64,000 nucleotides of DNA from Camelus ferus (lineage: Eukaryota). A model generated the notes under the pieces. That model did no database searches and was not told the origin of the DNA. It saw only the letters and a program-made list of their open reading frames with translations. The position numbers and the translations under genes are program-made. This document shows, in pieces, positions 54,317 through 64,000 of the stretch (the stretch's first letter is position 1; each line of letters starts with the position of its first letter). Location: positions 558,001 through 622,000 of the forward strand of contig NC_045696.1 in NCBI RefSeq assembly GCF_009834535.1, in the 5' to 3' direction.

Positions 54317-57300
54317 GGCAGCCACGTGGTAGCCAGGAAGACAAGCTCAGGCTCCCACTGCCTGGAGCCCAGCTGAAGCTGGGGGTGGGCAGGTGCCTCG
54401 CAGGAGCTGCTCCTCTGGGTCCTCCGCACGCTCTCTGGGGCAGCACTTCCCAGGGGGCTGCTCCCGGGGGTGTGAGCACAGGTCCATTCCTACCAGACCC
54501 AGATCTTTTAAGGGGTTAATTTGGCTCCAGTGTCCCCATCAACATGGCCAGGGCAGTCTAGGAACGGCTCTGTGGGCAGCCACTCCTCCACCCAGCCCCT
54601 CCCCTTCCGGGGGGGCTCACCTCTGGTCTGAGGGCTCGCCCGTCATCCTCGCCTCCTCCCCTGGGTCCTTCAGAGCCAGCGCCCCATTAAACCTCTGGTC
54701 ACATCTCGCCCAGCCCTGGTGCCTCCTTCTCAGAGGACTCCACTGAACACAGGAGCACTGTAGGGGGTTCACGCTGCCTTGCCCCCAGCTGGCAGGCCAA
54801 GGGCCCCGTCCAGGTTGGTGGGGGGGGGCAGATAGCTCCCGGCACAAGGTGGATGCCCCGGTGCTAGATTCCACTAGGGGTGACTTGGGAAAATGTCCTG
54901 GTAGAGGGAGCACCTTGCAGGTGTGACCACTCAGGTGGCTGAACGTGTCTGCGGGTTGGCTGCTCAGGGCAGAGTTGCACTGGTGGTCCTGCAGAGAGAC
55001 AACGGGAGACTGAGGCAGTTAACCAGCAGCTAGAAGCTCAGAGTGGGAGCCAGAGGCATCTCTGGCCTAGAAAGAAATCTCGTCTCCTGCAGGAGAAATG
55101 CTGAGGGCTGAGCAGCGGCTGATGGTGACAGTGAGGCGTCCCCAGCTCCAGGTGTGCTGACGGCTCAGCCATCGTTGGTCTGCGACAGCCAGGACCCTGG
55201 CCGAGAAAACCTGAGACCCTGAAACCTGGGCTGGGCCATCTGGGTGGGAGCCCTGAGGATGTGGATCTGCAGACCCCTGACCCCTTGGAACTTGCAGGGC
55301 CCCATCCTCCCCTGCAGAGCCAGCCCTTCCTCTGTGCTGGGAGAGGATACAGGGGCCTCCCTGCAGCAAGCAACAGGGGTCCCCGTCGGAGGCCACCCTG
55401 GCCTGCCTCCTGGCTGCCAGGCCAACGCCTGGGAGAAAGTCCAGTGCAGCCTGGGTGGGGACATGCGGGGCCTGCTTAGAAGGAACCAGGTTGCACATCA
55501 GAGGAGCTGCCAGAGCCAGGCAGCCGCCCTGGGGTTGGCATTGGAGCGTCCTTGATCCCCGGACCAGAGCAGGAGACTGGATAAGCAAAAATCATCGACT
55601 TGGGGACAGTTTCTCAGAACTTAGGATTTAGTATTCTGGCAGGTCACAGGGCAAACTCAATTCTGGGATGGCGCACAGAAGCCCAGAGAAAGTGAGGCCC
55701 TTGTTGAGCAGCGTACAGGTTCTGGAGCTGCCCTGGAGGGCGCGGAGGAAGGGACGGAGGGCCGAGGGCAGCGCCTCCAGCAAAAAGCCAGGATCCTGAG
55801 TCTTTCTCAGATGGAGCTAATGTTCCCATCTGGAACTGCTGACTGCAGAGGTGGCCTGGTGGCCGGGCCATGCCCTGGCAAGTGTATATTGTGAGTCCCC
55901 AGTTCTCCCCAAAAGGCCTGCAGCGTCTACTTGGGTGACTCAACACAGGGGATAGGGGCCCGTCAAGACATTCTGAGGGTGACTGAACACGGCGTCTGTG
56001 TGGACACTGGCCCCTGGAGGCCCACAGCGTCAGCACGGCCTCCCTGTTGGAGGAGGGGCTTAGTGGGCCTGTTGATGAGAGTCCTGGCAGAAGTGTTGGT
56101 CACAGTGGGGTCCCTGGTCAGACTGCCCAGTGATCATTTTCCTTGTCCCCAAGTGTGCAGCTGGCCATTGGAGTCACTGCAATTGGGCTCCCTGCGGTGT
56201 GGTCACAGACATCGCAGCGGGGACCCCTCTGCGGCCGAGGCAGTGAACCACAGGCTGCGTGACATGCTGGAGGTCACGGCCTGGAGGATGCAGGCAGGTG
56301 GGCCCTCACGTCTCTGGGGCGACAAGGGCTGCAGACTGGCGGGTCCTGGAGAGGCCCTGCAGACCAGTGGGACTCAACTGGGCAGCGGCCCAAGGGCGCC
56401 TGCTGTGCTGGACGTGGATCCTCGTTGTAGTGGATCAGTGAGGCTGTGGACCAGCCATCAACTTTCCAATCCAGTTAGAAGAGGGGCTCAGAAGCTGCTT
56501 GCAGTCACGTGGGAGGATGTCAGTCCTCGTTCAAGGTTCGGCCTCAAGGCCGAGCTGCCTCTCCCCTCTGCCCGTCGCAGTCGAGGAGCCTGGGCCCCTG
56601 GACAGCCCCAGGGCAGGACACAGATCCCTGCAGTGATGACATCGCGCACAGGCCTGCGAGGGGGGAGGCGAGTGAGCAGGAGGCCATAAGACACAGGTGC
56701 CCCAGAGGGTGGGAGGGAGCCTCCTGAAAATCCAGGGATCTGCACTTCAGGCAAGTTTCAGGGGCTGGTGGTCAGGGGCACCAGGATGCCCCCCAAAGTA
56801 AAAAGTGGCTGCGTCTTGGTCCCCCTTCGAGGAAGGAAGCACAGGCCTGGCAGGCCTTTTGGGCTCTGAAGGCAGCACATTCTGCTCTTAGCAGTGTCGC
56901 TCTGACTCAGGTCTTAGGTGACCGGGAGGCAGCTTTGAGGGGGCCCAGGAGCAAGAAACATCTGTGCCGCAGGCCGGCTGGGTGCAGGCAGCGCTGTGCT
57001 GGGCCCTGGTGCTGGAGGCGTCAGTGGGAAGGGTGCCTGCGGGGCCCCTGGTGGGTCCCGGGCTCTGGAGCAAGGCCAGCACCTGCAGAAGATGCTCACC
57101 TTCAGAGGAAGGCGGCCCTGAGCTGGGGGAGGGGGCAGCCCAGCGTCCCGTTTCTGCCCCCGGGGGACACCAGGCTCTGGCTTCAGGTTGGACTGCCGGA
57201 GGCGAAGCACTGCTTTGTGGCCCTGCTGGGACGCTTGCCCCTACCCCTTTCTCCTGTGGAGGGGCTGTCAGCACGCGGCCCCTGCGAGGCCTCTCTGCCT

Positions 57301-59684
57301 CTCCACGAGGCGGTGACAGCATTAGTCACTCAGTGCTCCCCACTTCCATGGAGGCAGCTGGCAGCTCACCCTGCAGCTGCCCTCGCTGTGGGGGAGTCTG
57401 GGGGTACCTGGCCAGGGCCTGCAGTAACCTTCCTGGGATGCGCAGCCCGCGGAGGTGGGGCGGCTTCCAGTGCGTTCCGGCCTGCAGGGTGGTGCCTGGC
57501 TTGGTGTGGCCCGGAGGCGGGGGCTGAACCAGTAAATCCCTGAGCCTCTGACAAGCAGGCTTTGCAGGGCCTGAGATTCTGTGGACATTCATAGGAGACC
57601 CTCAGAATTGCCCTCTGGGCCCAGCCCACCTCGGCTGTAGGGGTGACTGGGCATCTGCGCGGTGTGCAGCTGACCTCAAACTGCAGTGGTGAAACCGGAA
57701 CCCCCGGGGCCCCTGCTGTGGCTTTATTTAGGCAGCCCTGGGGGCATCGAACTCAGGCCTTTACTGTCTCTTGGGCCAGAAGAGCCTCGCCTTGTCAGTC
57801 CCAGGTTAGTTTTCCTCGACTTGTCGAGAGGGGCTCGTCTGACGTTCCAGAACCACGGGGGGGCTCGGTCTGTGCCCTCCCGCTCAGCGCCACGTGCAGG
57901 CTGAAGATGGCTGACCGTTCATCCTCGGGGACGTGGGACTCACGGTCACACCAGCGCCCACACTGGCTCCTGCCAGGCTGTTCCTGCAGGCAGAGGTGGG
58001 CAGCTCAGGGATTCCGAGGGGCAGAGGGATATGGGGGCCCCCAGGGTGAGCTGCGCCTCAGCCAGAAGTCCCGGGTCCAGGGCCCTGGCAGCCTCTCTGT
58101 CCTGCTGAGGTCTGCAGCCCGGTGCTCTCAGCACCCGAGATGCTTGGGTCAGATGACACCTTTTCACTGCTTTCAGTTCCATTTGTGGGGGACAGTGTGA
58201 GTGTGAGCAGCACAGATACACTTTGACGCCTGGGAGACTGGCGGGTGCCAAGGAGAGACACCTGTGAGCCTTCAGAGGGGGAAGGAGCTGTATCTGGCTG
58301 CCGCCCCGCACTGGCCCAGCGGAGGAGAACTGGAAAGTGCCCTTTCCTTCTCTACCCACCTGTCCTCGGTGGTTCCAGGTGCAGAGGCCCTCCGTGGCTT
58401 TCCCGGCTTTCCGGTGCTCAGTGCATCTGGTGGGGCGGGGCCAGGTGGCGGGCATTGCCCTTGGCCTCAGAGATGCATCTTAGAGGATGACTGTGTGCCC
58501 ACATTTCCTTTGCTCACTCCTGGAGCGGACGGAGTAATTCTCCGCTCTCCAGGGACAACCCCGGAATTACAACCCCCGCCGTTGACGGGCGATGCCCAGG
58601 AGTCAGTGTCAGTGTGAGGGCTCCAAGTCGGTGTAGAGCAGAGGCTTTGTCGTTTTAAGCTGAAGCTACATCACTAGTCTGAAGACTCTTACCTGGTGTC
58701 GGGCTGCGGAGCGCTGTTCTCATGATGACGCAGGGCGCTGTGAAAATTTGTGTGGCCCGCAGTTCACATCTCCCGTGGGAGCCAGGATGGAGGCCATGCC
58801 CTGGGGAGGGGCCCGCGTGGGGTGTACCAGGTGGCAGGAAGGTCGGGGAACACGTGCTGGCAGTTCAAGAGCTGCCCCTGGTGGAAAGGGTCTGTGAGTG
58901 TCCAGTGGACCCAACCCAGCCACGTGGTGCTCCTGAGGGTCCTCACACCCTGCATGTCCGGCCTGGGGCATGTGGTCACTTCTGGGGAAGTGAAGTGGCT
59001 GGAGGACAGCAGTCCCCAGGTGGTGTCCACCAAGCTCCCCTCGCCAGACCTGATGCGGGCCTGTGTCATGGGAGCCTCTGAGACAGGAGACAGGTGCTCA
59101 CGGGGAGGACAGGTGTGGGAGGAAAACTGAAGGTCTTTGAACGTCCTGCCCAGTGGTGGTGGGTTTTCCCCTCCACCACCTCTGAGTGCATCTAAACTAC
59201 ATGAACTTAGTTTACAAAATGCTTCAAAATATTTACGCCTCCTCTGACCAGCTGGGCTGCACTGAGCTGAGAGGGTCCCCGGGATGTCCCTTCAGCTTCT
59301 GGGGGCACAGGAGGGCCGCCCTGACACACACTCCAGGGTCCGCCTGGCCTGTCGGGGTGTGCAATCGACTGGCGGCCCCACCTGGGGCCTCTCGCTGGGG
59401 GCCTGCCCTGGGGGCCGGACACCGTGCCCCCACAGTCTGAGTGGAAGCTTGCCCGCGGGCAATTTCCTGGGAAGAGGCCCACAGCTCTCACAGGATTCTC
59501 AGAGGTGTAAGTAATTCCCAAGGCACTGCATAGTTTCAAAGAACTGGGACACAAAATTTTTCACAAAAACCGTATTAGACAAAGTGTAATCTCTCTAAGG
59601 CGACTAGGCGGGCTGCAGCAGCTGTCGCCACAAGGCGACCCGCTCCGTCCCTTCCCCACTGCTGCCCCCCCCCCCACCTCCATG

Positions 59685-60020
59685 CCTGAGTTGTTACCTG
59701 CGTCCCATACAAACCATCCCCACACTTAATGGCTTAAAACAGCACCTAGTTTACTTGCTTGTTGTGGGTGGGGTGGCGCTGGGCTGGGCTCAGCGGGGCA
59801 GTTCACCTGAGCCCACGCACGGGGGGCAGTCAGTGAAGGCTGGGCGGGGGCTGGACGACCTAGGGCCACGTTACTCACTGTTACTGGTGGGTCCTGTGGG
59901 GCTGGCTGTCGGCTGTCCCCTGGAGGCCTCTCTAGGAACTCAGCCCTGCTTGCGTGGGTCAAAGCAAGACACGCAGACCAGGACGGAGGGCTGGAGGAAG
60001 GGGCAGCAGTGCAGAGGTTG
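59685..60020 (-). mobile_element. Old MLT1-type LTR fragment
   Basis: ACAAACCATCCCCACACTTAATGGCTTAAAACAGC..GGGCTGGGCTCAGCGGGGCAGTTC. Confidence 0.6.
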
Positions 60021-60779
60021 TCGCCTCTGTTCTTGGTGGTCCTGCTGCACAGGCGACGATGGAGACGTGGTGCCGGCTGAGTGGACAGTGGCGCTGGGAC
60101 TCACTCACGCTCGCTCGCTGCCGAGGGAGACAGCGGGGCGGGCCTGGGGGCTGGCTCTCCCCCCGGGGCCTCTGTCTGATGCGGGAGCAGCGTGTGTCCA
60201 CACGCAGGAGTGTTCTCTTGGTCAGTTGTGTGTATGGTTACTCTGCACTGCTTTATGAGTTTTTACTAACTAAAAAAATTGCTAATGTTTGACATTGAAT
60301 GTTTGTGATATTTTAAAATTTATTTTGGAGAGATAATGCCTGCTCCCTGTGCAGAATTCAAAAGGTGCAGCAGGACGCAGGATGGAGAGCAGGCCCCCAG
60401 CAGCCCGCTGCGGGCCCGGCTGCGGAGGACCGCCGCCCCGCTCCCAGGGCCACCGGGCCGCCTGGGGGGCTGCCGACCGTCACGCCCAGAGTGTTCAGTT
60501 TGGCGCAGTGTATCTTTTCAGTTTTCACGTGTCTCAACAACTTTTTATTTAAACTTTGGTTATGAAGGCTATTGCCCTAGGTAAGAATTCCATCTCAGTG
60601 GGATGAGAAAGATGGCGTTCCATTGTCCTTGGGCTCCCAGACTTGAGGGAAATCTGCCCTCCTGCTCCTTGGAGGACAGTGGCCTCTCCTCCCCAGCGGC
60701 TTCTAGCTGCTCACGCTGCCTCTGGTTTACAGCAGCTTCCCTGCGGTGTACCGGGGCGGGCTGCTCTTTGCATTTACCC

Positions 60780-61600
60780 CGTTTGGCATGTGCAGGTTTC
60801 TGTTTTTGAATCTGTGGTAGGTATCTTTTGTCAGTTTTAGAAAATTCTTGGTTATTATCTCTTCAAATATTGCCTCTGCCGCATTGTGTCTTCATTCTCC
60901 ATTTGTGCCTTAAATTTCACATACGTTAGACACTTTTGTTACATTATATGTGTCTCTACTGCTCTTTTCTGTATTTGCTTTCTGTTTTTAATTTGTCCCC
61001 AGTCTTGACCATTTTCTACTGACCTATTTTCCAATGAATTTATCCTCCCTTCTGCTGTGTCCAACCTGCTGTTAATCCCATTCAGTTTTTACTACTTGTT
61101 ACTGTATTTTTAAGTTTCAGAATTTCCATTTTCTCTTCAATTTATAGATTACAGTTCTCTTCTTCAGTTCTCTAGCTCACCTTCCGTTTTCTTGAGATGT
61201 TAATCGCATTTACTTTAAAATTCATGTACGTTAACTCCAAAGCCAGGACCTCTTGTGGATCGATTTCTCTTGTTTTTTTTTAAACCGTATAGCAATGTAG
61301 TCCTGTCTCTTGACTGACCTGGTGATTTTTAAAAACTAAATGTTGGACTTTACTTGTGAAAGACTATAGAGGGGCTTCTTAACGCTCGCTTCCTTCTTAT
61401 AGGAGTTGATTTTATTCTGGTGGGCACTTAGCTTAGGGGCAGATGGCTTTTTTCCAGTCAGCGGTCGGTGCAATTCAAACCTAGGGTTATGCTTCTGTGA
61501 ACACCGGTGTGTCGCTGGTTCTCCCTCACTTTGTACGTGGCCCAGTTGAGAGCCTGGTGTGCTTGCCACGGAAGGTCCTGAATTCTAGCTAGAATTCTCC
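60780..61600 (-). mobile_element. Old L1 (ORF1 region) fragment
   Basis: AAATTCTTGGTTATTATCTCTTCAAATATTGCCTCTGCC..CTTCTGCTGTGTCCAACCTGCTGTTAATCCCA. Confidence 0.7.
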
Positions 61601-61639
61601 CTAGAACTGAGAGACTGGCAAAGGCTGTGCAGAGATTTT

Positions 61640-63590
61640 TTTTAAAACAGGGTTATTGAGGTATATTTTATATAATTCAAAATTCATCATACTTAGGTGG
61701 GTAATTCAAGATTTCCGGTAAATTTACCAAGTGGTGTAGTCATCATCACATGTCAGCTTTAGACCTTTTCATCATCCCAGCAAGAGGCCTCGCCGTTTAC
61801 AGTGAGCCCCTCCCCGCCCTCAGCCCCGGGGGCCGCGTCTGCTTCTGTCTCTACAGACTTGCCTCTTCCGAGTGTGTCGTCGAAATGGAACCGCATAGTG
61901 TGTGGTCTCCTGGGTCTGGTTCTGCCACCTGACACAAAGTCTCTGAGGGTTGTTCACGCCGTAGCACGATGCAGTAGTTTATTCTTACCAAGATACAGTA
62001 GTTTTTCTTGAATGAACTCTGAAGATTTTTGCAACCCTCTGATTAATCTCCAGAGCTTGGGAAGCGTAGTTTAGACAATTCTGGCGGTGATTCCATCGCT
62101 TTTAAGGAGTGGATTCACAGAGACCCTCACTCCAGCACACCTGAGGCCCTGCCGTATACCTGCTTTTGTGTCTCGAGCCTGCGCTCTGCCAAAGTCACCT
62201 GCAGGCCCGTGCAGCTGGCTTTTGGTAGGCTCCACAGGGCTCCTAGGTACACAGTCATGTCGGCTGTGAACAGGCAGTTCTACTTCTTTCCCGTCTGCAT
62301 TTCTTTCACTTCCTTTCCCCACCTTTGTGCACCAGTTGAACCTCCAGTACAATGTCAAACAGCAGGACTCAGAGTGGACACCTTTACCGTGTTCCCAAAT
62401 TTAGAGAGAAGGTTTTCTGTTTTTCATATTAAATGTAGTATTAGCTGTGGGGTATTGGGTTTTTGTGGATGGCATTCTTTTTTAGGTTGAGAAATTACCT
62501 TCAATTCCTAGTTTTCTTAGAGTACTTTCATAAGCAAGTGTTGTATTTTGTCAAATAGATTTTCTGCATTTATTAAGGAGATCAGATGGGTTCATCACCC
62601 TTATTCTGTTAATATGGTGAATTTACATTAGTTTAGATTGTTTGATTTTTTAAAAATCTTAAACCAAAGTTACATTTTGGGGATAAATCCACTTGGTCAT
62701 AGCATAATGTCTTTTTCTAAAAGTAGTAGGTTCAATCTGTGAACATTTTGTTAAGCATTTTTGTGTCTATACTCATGAGGGGTGTGGGGCTGCATCTTTC
62801 TTTTCTTTTCTTTTAATATTTTCGTCTGCTTTTGGTATCAGAGTAATGCTGGTCTCATGAAATGAGTTGTGAAATGTTCACTTTTCCTCTGTATTTTGAA
62901 AGAATTTATACAGGATTGATGTTACTTCTTTTTAAAATATTTGATAGAATTCTCCAGTGAAGCCCGCTCAGATAATGAATTTAATTGCCTTAATAAATAT
63001 AGGACTATTTCTTCTTGAGTTAGTTTAGAAAAACTTGTGTCTGTCAAGAAATTTGTTTATTTCATATAAGTTGTCTAAATTTATTGGCACAAAGATGGTC
63101 ATCCTATTTCTTTTTATCTTTCCCCGTCTTTTTTTTTTGAAAATGAGGTGGAGAGAGAAGAATTTTATACATTATTGTTTAAGGACCAGGAATAAAACAA
63201 GGTTCAAATCTGCAAGCCCAGGGTCTTGCAAGTGTGATTCCTACTGTGTTGGCAGTTTGGGGAAGATCCTGCTTCTTTCTTCTCTCGTCAGCTAAATAGG
63301 TCGTCATCGTATTTCTTTTAAAAAAGAAAGTTTATTTATTTTTAATGGAGGTGCCGGGGATTGAATCCAGGACCTTGCGCAGGTACCTCCTCCCCCATTG
63401 CTGTATCTCTTTATTGTCCATCAAATGTCTGTTGGATCTGTAGTGATGTCTTCTCTTTCATTCCTGATGTTAATAATTTGTGACTTCTTTTTAAAAATCA
63501 CCATACTTAAGAGTTTTATCAAATTTACTGATCTTTTCAAACAATCAGCTTTTTGTTTTGTTGATTTTATCTTTCACTTGCCTGTTTCTT
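61640..63590 (-). mobile_element. L1 3'-end and ORF2 fragments
   Basis: TTATTGAGGTATATTTATATAA..; GGGATAAATCCACTTGGTCAT..; GGTATCAGAGTAATGCTGGTCTCATGAAATGAGTT typical antisense L1. Confidence 0.75.
63331..63397 (-). mobile_element. Internally deleted vic-1-like SINE
   Basis: TTTATTTATTTTTAATGGAGGTGCCGGGGATTGAATCCAGGACC..CCTCCCCC; same tail and B box as the other two copies. Confidence 0.7.
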
Positions 63591-64000
63591 CTTCAGGGCT
63601 GGTGTATTTGAGCCTGACCTCCTACATGGCCGGGTCTGTCTGTCTGTCTGAGATGATGAACAGGCCAGTCCGTCGGGGAGGTCAGTGCCTCCGGGTCGCC
63701 CATGATGACAGAGGTCGGGATGACAGGGCCAAGGCACACAAGTGGCCAGTCACACCTGTGCCCTGTGAGCCACCCGAGCTGTGGCTTCTCCGTCAAAGGG
63801 GCTCTTCCTAGCCCTCACGCCGGGCAAGTTGTCTTGCGTTAAGTGACTGCGGGGCTCCAGGGTCAGGACAGTGTTGTGTGTGTCTTGGCCCCCAGGCATC
63901 TTCCCAAGCTCACTGGGCGGGTGTCAGCACCACTGCGGGCATGTGCGTGCTGGTCGGCAGGATCGTGTGAAACTGGTCCAGCTGAACCCTGGAAGCACAT

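Noticed and set aside
58509..58545. Imperfect hairpin CCTGGAG..CGGAG-TAATT-CTCCG..CTCCAGG
   Set aside because: Too short for a pre-miRNA and in probable degraded repeat sequence

Overview
GC-rich mammalian genomic DNA syntenic to human 21q22.3. The tRNA-derived vic-1-like SINEs suggest a camelid (inference). The window holds three protein-coding genes. (1) The last two exons of SPATC1L (+, 2713-3778). (2) A complete 14-exon FTCD (+, ATG 6566 to TGA 21350); the exons sum to 1626 nt = 541 aa, with His82 and Asp412 intact. (3) A complete COL6A2 (-, non-coding exon 1 near 52.8 kb in a CpG island, ATG 41612, stop 24839); the 27 coding exons sum to 3057 nt = 1018 aa, and the alternative C2a terminal exon is present. 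The rest is introns and intergenic DNA with L1 fragments, MLT1 solo LTRs, a Tigger1-derived element, MIR, SINEs and G-rich minisatellites. I found no novel multi-gene system. The most notable observations concern splicing: two GC-AG introns with identical AAG|GCAAGT donors in the collagen helix exons, frame-preserving stop-free introns, a possible in-frame 90-aa extended C2a isoform, and an extra upstream in-frame ATG in COL6A2. Most long ORFs in the track are artefacts of GC richness or antisense shadows of real exons. Repeat families and human comparisons are from recognition, not database searches.
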